Below are positions 38,176-48,459 of a DNA stretch of 64,000 bases, in pieces. Positions within the stretch are counted from its first letter, which is position 1; each line of letters opens with the position of its first letter. This DNA is from Macrostomum hystrix (Eukaryota; Animalia; Platyhelminthes). Location: positions 27,652,001 to 27,716,000 of the forward strand of contig CATNEN010000038.1 of assembly GCA_950097015.1 (NCBI GenBank), given 5' to 3'. The notes under the pieces are model-generated. The model saw nothing but the letters and a program-made list of their open reading frames with translations. It did not search any database and was not told the origin of the DNA. A program made the translations under genes and the position numbers.

Positions 38176-40123
38176 AAGAGCCCAGTCTCGGCGTAGTGAC
38201 AGCCGCCGCTGCCGCCGCCAAGGATGATAGAGTCCCTAGGCGTGCCGGGTGGAGGCTCAGCCGGTGGAGGCGGAATCGGAATGCCGATAGTCGGGGGTAG
38301 AACTGCTGGCGGCGGCTGCTGCTGCTGCATAGCGTAGCTGTTGTTGTTGTTGCAACCGAGGCTGGCATTGCCTGAAATTAAAAGCACGGATTGGGATTAG
38401 GATTGAGATTTGGGAATAGGAATTCTCATTTAAAACCGGAACATGCATGCATAGTGATACTTGCTAAAGTTTTATAGTTATTAAAATCCTGAATCTGGAG
38501 ATGGTAATGAAGCAGTCGATAGCACAGCCCCAGCCATTGCGCGGCGCACCTGAAAGCTGCTTAAACGGCTGTTCAGTCCATGGACTGGGGGGACCCTCAG
38601 GTGATGCTGGTACCCATTTAACAGCTGGGTGAAGTGAAGCAATGCAGATTCAAGTATCTTGCTAATAGACACAAATTGTTCCAGTGGAGTCGGGAATCGA
38701 ACCCCGACCTTCAAGTCATGAGTCTGACGCCCTAACCACTAGACTACAACACCTGCTTTAGCTTATGTATGCTCTCGAATTGAATTACAAATGCTTAGCT
38801 GTTGCTATAGCAACTGTATTGACAGTTTTTTAACACACGTAGCTTCAAAAAGGATTTTGGAGTTTTTTTCTTAGCCAATGTGTAAGCACACTTGCAGAGC
38901 GTTTTTTTAGGCATAATTGTCTCGATTCTGTAACAAAAGGAGTGAGCAAGCGACTCAACAGTGAGTAGCTATAGCTACAATAGCTAGAGAGCTCAATGAA
39001 ATAATGGAGAACACGAGCGGCCGTGTCTCTCTCTCGAGAGACACCGGAGCAGCTCAAACTCACTCCCGGCTCCTTAGGGTCCATTGTTGCAGGTGAGAGG
39101 AGAAAAATATCGAAGCATGCTTGAAAGCAATTTTAACTTCCTGGCCGAAATAATTCTATGCTAGAAGCTCGAGAGTCTCAGTGATATTAGTCATGTTGCT
39201 ATTGAGTAAGAGGAATGAGTAAGGTGAGCAGATCTCAGTCCTATGAGAATTCTAACTCCTACGGGCAGGCTTGAGTCGTATAAGTTTTCTTGGAAAAAAT
39301 CGATTGGCTGTAATTATTTTCACGGGCCGGTGAGTCATGTCAATCAAGCTTTAGGTGCATTCACCACACGATGGGCATAGAAATTCAGACTTGGGAGCCT
39401 ATAATTAGTTGCACGACGCGATTTCCACAATATTCTTTTTCTTAACGCACGATTAATTTTCTAGTTCAATTTACCATTCTGCTGTGCTGCATAATGCGAG
39501 AACAATGGATGTCAGACAAACTGTTGCACACACTGTGCAACTATTAAACTATAGGCCTAACAGTTGATAATGATTTATTGAATAATGTAGATTACACAAT
39601 AGAATAAATATCTAGACTTACCGTTGCCATAGTGACCATAGACCTGATGATGATGCAGAGGCTGCTGCATTGCCAGCTGATGATGCTGTCCGTAGGAGCG
39701 ACCCCTGCCGTGCAGAGGTGGCGGCGGCGGCGGCTGCTGCGGCGGTGGCGGAGGTGCAAAGGCCAGTAGACGGTCGCGCACTGCTCTGTCATCGTCACGA
39801 TGGACACCTCGTAGCGGGCCTTCCTCGTTGTCGTCCTCGTCCTCTTCGCCTGGACAGGCGGTATCATCGTCGCCAGCCGACGAGTTGTTAACATCGTCGG
39901 CTGTCTGGGAGAGCGGTCGCCTGGGTCGGGTTCCGGACGCTCCAACGAGGCTTCCGCCGACACCGCGGCGAGCTGGTAGCGTCCCGAAGCCACCTTGAGC
40001 CGCTTGTTGCTGAGGCTGAACAATATTTGACCGCGCCTGTTTACCTGCAGTCGGCATGCCGCCCGCGCTGCATAGCTGCGCCGGCGGCAGATTTTTCAGT
40101 CGAAGCCGATCTGTTGAAGACAT
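1088..40123 (-). CDS. TENM: Teneurin (Ten-m/Odz) type II transmembrane adhesion protein; 3' part lies outside the window
   Basis: Hand-spliced exons with matching intron phases: 40123-39622, 38371-38072, 33903-33738, 29663-29389 (TM: LTIAILLLFILLLIAAVGFFA), 23417-23116, 21861-21747 (WYVSLIND), 21531-21421 (EGF1), 20670-20476 (EGF2-3), 14882-14643 (EGF4-5), 14556-14374 (EGF6-7), 10197-10039 (EGF8), 9952-9748 (DGLIDCNDPDCC), 9537-8792, 8693-8553 (SVGYKYANCPDIVW), 7245-6020 (NHL propeller, CGDGGPARLAKLIEPKGLA), 5789-5258 and 1446-1088 (YD region). Total 5757 nt = 1919 codons. Domain order is that of teneurins. Confidence 0.96.
5258..5789 (-). CDS. TENM: Teneurin exon: start of the YD shell
   Basis: ELFTFNSDGKHVSTED matches the teneurin ELYxFxxxGxH motif. 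The phase-1 donor at 5257 joins the exon at 1446 to give ETGGISTSFDLSDLGR. Confidence 0.9.
6020..7245 (-). CDS. TENM: Teneurin exon: NHL beta-propeller
   Basis: ccccag acceptor and CAG|GTTGGT donor; motifs GVIHRGDG, LLSPVAL, LRWPSALAYNPVDNSVYFLD. Confidence 0.95.
8285..8400 (-). mobile_element. Degenerate SINE family B fragment
   Basis: caagtgtcttgctcaag...ctctaaccactaggct. Confidence 0.45.
8792..9537 (-). CDS. TENM: Teneurin exon: transthyretin-like/FN-plug region
   Basis: AG acceptor and GTAAGT donor; SVVVGRI...SRSDGTFLLVVVGG...RFEANTNLTYTFQWDRMDTFGR. Confidence 0.95.
10377..10575 (+). mobile_element. SINE family A, 5'-truncated diverged copy
   Basis: ggggcttgtcgtgcaatttacgccctccaaggcacag...gcctgacgatgagaaagtcaggg. 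Confidence 0.75.
11470..11669 (-). mobile_element. SINE family A copy, 3'-truncated and internally deleted
   Basis: gggaccttggtgcgagaggcaaacgcgttaa head and ctgactttctcatcgtcaggcag hairpin. Confidence 0.8.
12022..14332. repeat. 30-bp minisatellite (gcttcatacccatcctgcaacactgcagta), about 77 copies
   Basis: Near-perfect tandem array in a teneurin intron. Confidence 0.98.
14965..15265 (-). mobile_element. SINE family A copy with an internal deletion
   Basis: Reverse complement matches the head, hairpin and 3' end of family A. Confidence 0.8.
16485..17095. repeat. 23-bp purine-rich minisatellite (agagtgagactagagatgagaga)
   Basis: Tandem periodicity visible in sequence. Confidence 0.95.
17763..19435. 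repeat. 16-bp minisatellite (accctgtctcatctct)
   Basis: Tandem periodicity visible in sequence. Confidence 0.97.
19895..20320. repeat. 12-bp minisatellite (gagacgattcta), block 1
   Basis: Tandem array with degenerate copies on both flanks. Confidence 0.95.
21135..21302. repeat. ~21-bp minisatellite (gacagacaggcagaacagact)
   Basis: Tandem periodicity visible in sequence. Confidence 0.9.
21952..22427. repeat. 12-bp minisatellite (gagacgattcta), block 2
   Basis: Same unit as 19895-20320. Confidence 0.95.
23467..26222. mobile_element. TTAA-flanked (piggyBac-like) non-autonomous TIR element containing a GA microsatellite
   Basis: TTAA on both sides; imperfect TIR cagtaaaagtgccacaggggtatttcaaatacc versus the reverse complement of the right end, cagttaaaagaccatggggtaatttcaaatacc; internal inverted repeat at 23601-23627 and 23752-23778. 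Confidence 0.6.
23899..26168. repeat. (GAGAG)n microsatellite with a ~435-bp higher-order repeat
   Basis: Marker gtaggagagaagattagtggagtgg recurs at about 23911, 24346, 24781 and 25221. Confidence 0.97.
26866..27435. repeat. (GAGAG)n microsatellite
   Basis: Visible in sequence. Confidence 0.97.
27870..28235. repeat. 12-bp minisatellite (gaagggagatat)
   Basis: Visible in sequence. Confidence 0.97.
28790..29362. repeat. (GATA)n/(GACA) microsatellite
   Basis: Visible in sequence. Confidence 0.97.
29389..29663 (-). CDS. TENM: Teneurin exon carrying the single transmembrane helix
   Basis: Basic stretch KKSNR followed by about 21 hydrophobic residues; phases fit both flanking exons. Confidence 0.9.
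29774..29945 (+). mobile_element. tRNA-derived SINE family B with a CORE-like domain
   Basis: tRNA-like head (tagcctagt...ggttcgattc) followed by tgtctgtcctttagcaagacacttaactctgcattgcttcagttcacccagctgttaaatggg, which resembles the CORE consensus as I recall it. Confidence 0.75.
30520..30886. repeat. 31-bp minisatellite (atctcatcaattctcactccctatcttatct)
   Basis: Visible in sequence; abuts a SINE A copy. Confidence 0.95.
30887..31220 (+). mobile_element. SINE family A, full-length copy
   Basis: Colinear with 63200-63550; A and B boxes present; lies between two 31-bp arrays. Confidence 0.85.
31222..32065. repeat. 31-bp minisatellite (tctcttatctatcacaccagttctcactgtc)
   Basis: Visible in sequence; related to 30520-30886. 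Confidence 0.95.
32635..33005. repeat. 21-bp minisatellite (tctctgaatctctcttgtcta)
   Basis: Visible in sequence. Confidence 0.95.
35165..37125. repeat. 24-bp minisatellite (gacaagacagagggagacacaaca)
   Basis: Visible in sequence; occasional shorter variant units. Confidence 0.97.
38115..38174 (-). repeat. Pure (CAG)20 encoding polyQ in the teneurin intracellular domain
   Basis: 60 nt uninterrupted, inside exon 38371-38072. Confidence 0.9.
38565..38753 (-). mobile_element. SINE family B copy (tRNA-Met-like head, CORE-like domain)
   Basis: Reverse complement reads GGTGTTGTAGTCTAGTGGTTAGGGCGTCAGACTCATGACTTGAAGGTCGGGGTTCGATTCCCGACTCC, then the same core as 29854-29916. Confidence 0.75.
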
Positions 40124-41659
40124 TCTCCTGGACTGGTTGCGGGGGCAATAAATTCAGTTGGCCTTGTTGCTGTTGCCGTCTAATATATGTTCTTCTACTT
40201 TTCTTCACGATGGCATTTGCAGCTCTTCTTGGCGTCGTTCTTGTGATATTCTGTGCGATAATTTAGGTTGGTCTTGAATCGAACAAGTTTTCGTCAGAAA
40301 AAAACGGGTCTTGCGCTTCTTCAGAGGAAGGCGCAGCTGAGGTTTCGTCAACGGTTAATTAACCGCGGAGAGGTTGAAAATCCAGGTATAAAATGCACCC
40401 GATTGCTTCTATAAAAGTTCTGACTTGCTGGCCAATTGTATAAGCTGTATATTAGGCCCAGGTGTGCCTTGACTGAGGTTGTAAAGACAATCGACAGAGG
40501 GGAGGAGCAGTTAAATTGGTGGTTGGTAGTGCGCCTCCTGGGTTTAACCGCTGATCCTCACCAAATCAGTTAGCTGAATGGTCCGGAAAAACTTTAGTCG
40601 ACACTATCGCCCCGGAGCGTGTCGTAGACGCGCGCTGGTTTAAAAATCCGATTTTCGCCTAAAGCTTTCTTCGCATTTCTGCCTGGCAAATGTGTGTTGA
40701 AGCGAAATCTATTTTAGAAGGGAATTGGGACTGGGAATTAGGAACTGACGCTTGCGTAGTGGTGTGGCTTAATCAGCTGTTTTTATTCCACTGGGAGTTT
40801 CTCGACTGCTTTGCTTTTAGATCGGACCGTATATATGGAGGGTAAGCAGCGGTTTGCGAAAGGCCTGTTGGTGGTTTGTGGGGCCTGTGGTTTTAGGGGT
40901 TGGCGCGTTTTCTGAACGCTTCTGTCGGGGGATTGGCTCTGCTGTGCTGGCCTATACCCTTCTCGCTACGGTTGGTTCAATATAATCACTTGGCCAGACA
41001 AAGCGCAGACAGGAGCCATAATATATATACATTTCTCTCTTATTTCATTCCTCTGGCCCAGTGGCCCTATAGGCCCATGGGTGTGTGACTTTGATCTAGG
41101 AAGCCGGTCATTGGTTCGCCCGTGGAACTAATAGCTGGTAAAATGCATACAGTTTTGGAATGGGGAAATAGCTGTAAATGCATGAAGATCGAGGATTAAT
41201 AACGACTAGACTTTGACGTACGTTTTATTAAATTTACCGTTCTTATTTTCTTCTATCCAACAGCCAAATTAATTATTTGCACTTATTTAGTATAGAGAAT
41301 TAATGAAGAATTCATTTGAAATGCGTATTTAGAAATAATATCCTAATTCTAGAGTAGTCAGATCAGTATGATTTAACGTAAACGATGGCGGCATAACATG
41401 ACTCCAATATAAAAAAATATGATCACCGAAAAGCAGGTATGAACGATCGGTGAGGTATGCTTTCAAAAGCCATTAATTTATTATGTCGCTTAAACTCAAT
41501 GTGGTGGAAATTTTACTTGGAAATCTGTGAGCAAGTATACAATTACAATAATTTATCTTATCACTTATCTCATCACACCGCCCAATTAGGCTAGATGTGC
41601 AGCCGACAGCATAGCCGCAGCAATTGCACTTGCGTAAATGATGGCTGCGTGCAGCTGTT

Positions 41660-41880
41660 TATCCCATGGACTGGGGGACACTGCAGTCGCTGCTAACTCT
41701 CAATTGTTCAGCAATTTCCCGCGACGATCATGCAGCTACATTGAAATGTGATTGTAACTATTAACGATGTACTAATTGGGTGAGCTCAAGCAATGCAGAG
41801 ATGAATGCCAGGGGGTCGGGAATCAAACCTATAATTAAAGTCGTAAGTTGACTCTCTATACACTTAAAGGCTACAATTAC
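41660..41880 (-). mobile_element. Degenerate SINE family B copy
   Basis: Blocks ccatggactggggga, tgggtgagctcaagcaatgcaga and gtcgggaatcaaacc are shared with 38565-38753. Confidence 0.5.
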
Positions 41881-42417
41881 TTAAGTAATTTGAAGTGATA
41901 ACCCTTAAGCTTTGTTTACTAATCGGTTAAACGTTCGTAAATATCTCGAACGAGAGAGCTATTTTTAGTTCCAGAACCAACAAGCTAGTCAATTTAAATT
42001 GAAATTTAGTAAATAAAATAGAATAGCATTTAGTTTTTTGGTAAAAAATGTTTGCGACCGTTAATTGCGAAAGTCCGACACGCGACGCGCGGGGTTTCTA
42101 ATTTATATTTTTAAACAAAACTTGCGGTAAGCAATCTGTAAGTCGCTTTGAAAAAGATACGAAATTATAAAAAAGAGTTTTTATCATTTTATAAAATACT
42201 CTGAGGATTTTCTGACAACACGAAAAGTTATTGTGTGCATAAACTATTTTCAGTTTCTTTTAAGTTCCGCTTATTACTGTATAAAGCTTTTTGCTGTACT
42301 ACTTTTTGACTTAGATTAATTTCGGATAAAATAAGAATTTCTTATATTTAAACGCACTAAGCATCTGAGTTACTTGTCATTTACAAGTAATAAGAACGTC
42401 TTAATTGCTTGGCAATA

Positions 42418-45400
42418 ATGACATGGAAGCTCCGGAAACGCAACGACGTCGAACCTCTGTTACCATTAAAGCAGTGCTTTTGCTTTGATAATCGCATGGG
42501 AACTTTTATCGGATGTGTTATTATCACGGTAAGAAATTTCAATATTGTTTTTTGTAATAATAGTTAAAATTATAATATACCATTGTAAAGCATAAATTAC
42601 ATTTACTGTTTATAAAGCAAGCTTCTAAATTCTTAAATGTTCTTTGTCAAGTAAATATTTTTCCAGAATAAAATTTCTCAACATGCCTTTCATATGAAAC
42701 TTTTGTTAAAGATAAAAAAACAAAATTTTAGAAAATATAGCTTATTTAGAATAATTTTTTTAACTAAACCTGTCACAGGTGCATTCTATACAGTAATTCA
42801 CTGTATAGCAATCACAAAAAAGAGAACAGGAAGAGATCTATACATTTTATAAGGAAGAGAGGAGTCACTATGCTATGTATTCCGTGAGGCTTATCTTCAT
42901 ACATGCGCAACACCCGGCCGAACTGGCCGGGTGAAACGAGTGCCAAGCAAGGTAAGTCGCAGAAACCAATCAACCAAGCGCAAAAAAATCAAAGGGGGGA
43001 CCAAGGGACAAAAAAGGAAGGCATGAAGAAAAGGAAAAAGGGGAGAGAAAAAAGAGAGCAAATGAGAGCAAACTAAGTCGTAAATAGAGCAATGAAACAA
43101 ACTAACTTGCAAATGATAGCAAACTAAGTGGTAAATAGAGCAAAAACTAAGTCACACAGCCGGCTAAGATTTGGGAGGTTGCGCATGTATGCTTATCTTT
43201 CTCTCCACAGATAGTCAACTCTTCTTAAATAGATACTAATAGCTTGAACTTATACTTTTAATAACATGGCAATCCTACACTTCCGTTTCGGTAAATTATT
43301 TTCACATTTGAATTCGTACCACCGAGTCAAATGACTTTGATTGGCAATGTGTCTATGGCCAAAAGTTTGAGCGAACAGAGTTTAAAGGGGTGTCAGTTTA
43401 AGGGAGCTGTTGCTTGTGAGCTGCTTGTTTTATTGAGCTTCAATTTCTCATATCTTCCTGTCTTCATTGCCATGGCTGGGCGATGTCCATTTGGGGCTAT
43501 CCTGTACTGGATTGGACATTACTATCCATTATAGACACCTTAATGACCTGCAGACACACTCTAAGTGACTATGCGCTCTAACAGACTGCTACCATGTTCC
43601 ATTGTTTCAGTTTTGTTTGGTTACATTGTTATTTAACACGCCTGTTCAAAATTCAGTGTCAAAATAATTTACCGAATGGAAGTGTAGGATTGCCAATAAC
43701 ATAGTTTAATTAACTAGGCTCCAGTCCCACAAGCCACCCAAGAGGCCCAGCTGTCCAGAGGAGAACAAACCTCCCAGGTTGCATGAGAAGAAGGTCCCTT
43801 AAAGTCACTGGCACCACCCCATTGAAAAACATAGTTGAATGAATCTCCTGATCTTTTGGACATTCACCACATATTCTAAAAATATCGCATATGCTGATAT
43901 GGACACTTAGTCACAACAATCAATCGGTAGGCCTAGGTTGTAGAGTCAGTATTTTTTAGTTCACACTCAACTGCATCCCCCATTATTGTTATTACCAACT
44001 GCAACATTTAAATAAACATAATTTGCAAGCCTAGTTGATCAAAAAGCTGTGTGGAAAGTAGATTCTTGTCGATACTCAAAATGTAAAAAAGGAAAAATGC
44101 TATCTATTGGTTTATTTTTATATTTGTACAGTTTTTACAGTTTGCAAAAACTGTAATTTAATAACCAATTTTGCTGCAATAAATTAGTTTTTAAAAGCAC
44201 AATGAAAGTATAAAATTTAAGTTTCTATTTGATAGTTAAATTTTCCTATTAAAGGTAGTCAGAACTCAGAACAGGTATTTCTAATAGACTACATGTATCA
44301 AGCAAATGAGTTAAAAAATTTAAAACAATATTTTTGCTAAAACTGAAGAAGTGAATAACCAAACTCTAATTTTAAATATAAATAAATAAATAATAATTAA
44401 ATAATTATAAATAATATAAATAATTATAAATACTCTAATTATACTCAAGATGAATTGATAGCTATGATGAGAGTATTGTTCTTGTACCTAAAAATCAATG
44501 CCAAAGCTGATATTTTGTAGTATCAAAAGTTACCAAATTCGCTTGTATATAAAATAAATCTACCTTATTAGTTGCATAGTTATATAAAACCTATATATAT
44601 ATATTTGCTGAAATTAAACTAAATTAAACATTCAGTAATAAATAATTAGCCAACAAGGTTTTATTTTTTCAGCTTGAACTAGCTGTACATTATTGTTCTT
44701 AACACTTTACACTTCCTGTAACAAACCGCCTTATGTCTTACAGATAACAGCATTTATTGAGCTCATCACAGTGTTCTTGGATTGGTTGACCTATGATGAG
44801 AATCTCAAATTTGAAATTCATGGCGCTTTTCGGTCATTTTGGAAGCGACTTTTCTGGAAAGGCTTTGCCATATGCGATGGGATTATGACACTGTCTCATA
44901 TCATTGTCATATGTATGGCTGTATATGTGCTAGTGGCCATACTTAGGCCTCGGGTGTATGTAAGTTTATATTATTTTGTTAAACTTATATATTGTTTTTT
45001 CATACTTGTATGCAATTTATAAGTTCCGAATTCAATTTGTTTTTTTATTCCAGAAAATCTATGACCTTCTACCAGCTCTAAGGGGATTCTACATCCTTCT
45101 GTCTCTTTACATTCTGGTTGAGCTGGGTATTAGCCTCTATATCTATTCGTGGTATGGTCTGGCTGGCTGGGTAAGCTGTGGAAACAACCACAACATTTTT
45201 TTATCTTGACCTATCAGATAACAAGTAACCAAAATAGGTTTTGATACAACACTTCATTTTAGCGTCTTCCTTTTCTGGTGTGGAAAGAACTATTCTACAT
45301 CATGCGTTTCTTGTGCAATGTAAGTAATTTCTGTGCCCTTTGACACTGAAATGCAATCAGATATTTAATTCTATCTGACACTGAAAGTACCATCTGACAG

Positions 45401-46089
45401 ACTCTACAGGATACAGATACCAGCTGACAGACTCTTAAGAATGTAGATATCAATCTGAGAGACTCTTAAGAATGTAGATATCAATCTGAGAGACTCTTAA
45501 GAATGTAGATATCATCTGACAGACTCTACAGGATACAGATACCAGCTGACAGACTCTTAAGGATTCAGATACTATCTGACAGACTCTTAAGGATGTAGAT
45601 ACTATCTGACAGACACTTAAGGATGCAGATACAAGCTGACAGACTCTTGAGGATGTAGATACCAGCTGACAGACTCTTAAAGATGTAGATACCAGCTGAC
45701 AGACTCTTAAAGATGTAGATATCATCTGACAGACACTTGAGGATGTAGATACCGTTTGACAGCATTTTTGATGACTCATGAAACCATCAAAATAAAAAAT
45801 GGTTAAGACTGTGTAGTCGTGTTAACTACACATTGATTATTATGTGTGTAATCGCTTGATAGTCGGCGACTTAACCATAATCTACACTAATCTGCAGGTC
45901 GGCTTCTGCATTGTGACCTATTCCTATTCCTGCGAAATCAATGACGAACTAGGCAATCCGGAAGAGCACGCAGGCTTCACTAACGAAGTCAATCAGGAGA
46001 ACATCTATCAGCAGCAGCAGCAGCTCAACTCCGCTGGCAATCCTTACTCGGCGGTTGGTTCCTACGCGGCCTCCGCTGTGTATGCTTAG
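42418..46089 (+). CDS. Four-transmembrane protein, ~230 aa, LAPTM/DUF4728-like topology
   Basis: Exons 42418-42528, 44744-44959, 45054-45170, 45263-45319, 45898-46089, all phase 0 with GTAAG donors. N-terminal CFCFDNRMGTFIGCVII precedes TM1; four hydrophobic segments; Q/Y-rich C-tail. The family call is from motif resemblance only. Confidence 0.8.
42898..43191. mobile_element. Non-autonomous hAT-like MITE (294 bp)
   Basis: Perfect 14-bp TIR CATACATGCGCAAC; 8-bp TSD CTTATCTT at 42890-42897 and 43192-43199. Confidence 0.85.
43268..43694. mobile_element. Non-autonomous Merlin-like MITE (427 bp)
   Basis: ~40-bp imperfect TIR beginning GGCAATCCTACACTTCC; 8-bp TSD AATAACAT at 43260-43267 and 43695-43702. 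A GG start with an 8-bp TSD fits Merlin. Confidence 0.8.
45370..45765. repeat. 30-bp minisatellite (gactcttaaggatgtagataccagctgaca)
   Basis: Fills the last intron of the 4-TM gene. Confidence 0.92.
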
Positions 46090-46167
46090 GCTTAGTAACT
46101 TTTTTGTTGATATGTTTGAAATTGTTTAGGTCCTACTGTACGCCACATGTGGCGCTGTCACCACATA

Positions 46168-46503
46168 GTCAGGGACAGGTTGTCAGGGACAGGTTGTCAG
46201 GGACAGGTTGTCAGGGACAGGTTGTCAAGGACAAGCTGTCAACAGGTAGTCAGGGACAGGTTGTCAGGGACAGGTTGTCAGGGACAGGTTATCAGGGACA
46301 GGTTGTCAGGGACAGGTTGTCAGGGACAGGTTGTCAAGGACAAGCTGTCAACAGGCAGTCAGGGACAAGCTGTCAACAGGTAGTCAGGGACAAGCTGTCA
46401 ACAGGTAGTCAGGGACAAACTGTCAACAGGTAGTCAGGGACGAACTGTCAACAGGTAGTCAGGGACCTGTGCCCTGAACAAGTGTTGACAGCCTGTCCCT
46501 GAC
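46168..46503. repeat. 14/26-bp gtcagggacaggtt array ending in an inverted unit
   Basis: Tandem units, then gttgacagcctgtccctgac (inverted) at 46484-46503. Confidence 0.9.
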
Positions 46504-48459
46504 ATCCTGCCGCTGATAACTCTGTATGCGGTGTATTTTGTACGAGTGTCGTTGTATCAAGTTAAATTTAAGGACACTGGTTAGCATTGTTGGCCTCTTT
46601 ACGCTGGTTAAGGTTGCATGGCATGATTGTCAAGTAAATTTTTAACGGCTATCAAAGTTCGTCAGAAATGTTTTTTAAATAGCAAAAGTTATACGATTTC
46701 GAAAAGTGTATCGCATTGCCGCATTGACTATTTTATGTGTAATTTATTGCAGTTTTTTTAGACAGCTGACTTTTACTTGTACAGGCATTGTTGTATTTGT
46801 TCCAAATATCTGCAGTGCATATTAAGCTTGCAGATACCAAATATTTTGTCGATTCTAAGTCACAGCTTGCGCAATAGATTACAATCTCTAGCATAACGCG
46901 CTTGTTTTTAATCTACCTTTCTCTATTTTACTGAACTGCCTTTTTGTGCAGCCTTAGTCATTCCATCGTATATTGGCCTATTTAGGCTCGTATCGACATG
47001 CAATAATAGTGATGTTGTGTTGTTATTATGTTTCTTTATTTGCTATTACTTCACAATCCTGTCTTAAAACTTAGTAAAGAGAGATCAATCAATCCGTTTA
47101 TATTACCCTAAAAAGCTTGCGATTTTTCCTTTTCATTACTTCATTTTTATTCTATATTTCTTATGTAACAAAACCTTTCCAGATATTTTTAATTAATGCA
47201 AAACTGATATATCTGTTGTCGTTGTTAGTGGTTTTATATTTAACTTTATGCAGTTGTTCGTTGCATAAATGATTTGCATTGTAGGAAGTTAAAGAAACAA
47301 GAAAATATTTATTATTTTCCAGAAAAAAGACGCACTGATTACTTCACATTTGGAATTTTGTCACAGGCAACACAATGCGACAAATAAACATTTCGACTTC
47401 TGATAAATTTACTGAAAAAAATTGCACACGTCACTTTAAAAAATTATCAGTGCACATTCAACTTATTCATTTGGAAAAGTTATATATTTACAACATGTTT
47501 TATAAGACTCCGCCTCAAAAACTACGAAAGCTGAAAGAAGTAAAAACAAAATGATTATCTAATTATGGAGTACTTATTGGGAACCGTAAATGATGAAACT
47601 GTTCGAACATGTTGATTTTCACATTAAGTACCGAATACCTGTTGATTTACAACCTCCTGAATAATAGCTTATGTAATGTAGATGACAGTAGTAACTATCT
47701 ACGTATGACTTTTCATCATTTTCATTTCATACCGCATTATTGAGCGAATGTTAACTTCGGTTCTAGACAACTTTTTACGAGTAAAAACCATAAAAAGTAT
47801 TGGGATAACATTAATCTTCAGTTAAAAAAGTTTGACTCGTTGTTTAAAAAATACGACCGTTACGCTGGTTAATTTGGTTCAACAACCACTTAATTCATGC
47901 ATTAGGCCGCAATTTATATTTATTTTTCATTTGAGCTTCCTTTATTTAAAATAAAAGCTAAGACTGCCTGGATTTTTAATCAAGGAAATTGGGTAGTATT
48001 ACGCTTAAAACAAATAACAAGTTATGGTGCTGATGGCATTAACAAAAAGGGACTGTCTTTTTCAGATAAAAGCATGCGATTATAAAAGTAGAAGTGTTTG
48101 TTTGACTCGCTTCGCTCAATTAATATTGCTTTTTTGAATTAAATAGTCTCGTATTTAGTATTAAATAAGCGGAATAAGATTGGTCAAAACTTTTCATGCA
48201 ATTAGCACAGTTGAACAAACCAAAAAATAAAAAACATTACTTTTTTAGTGTATAAACAATAAGAGAGGCGACAAGTTTTTAAAAAAATACTGTTTTTATT
48301 ATTTTAATAACTTACAAAAGGATTTTCTTCGTAAGTAAGATATTTTACAAAACATATTATATACGTAAATTTTCCTCTAGTTTCGGCCATTTTAGTCGTA
48401 AAATAGTTCGTTATAAATCGTTATTAAGATCGCAAGTTGGAAATTTTTTCTGAGAAGCG

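Noticed and set aside
38685-38753. tRNA-Met(CAT) gene
   Set aside because: The stems are imperfect and it continues into a SINE core found in several copies, so it is a SINE head.
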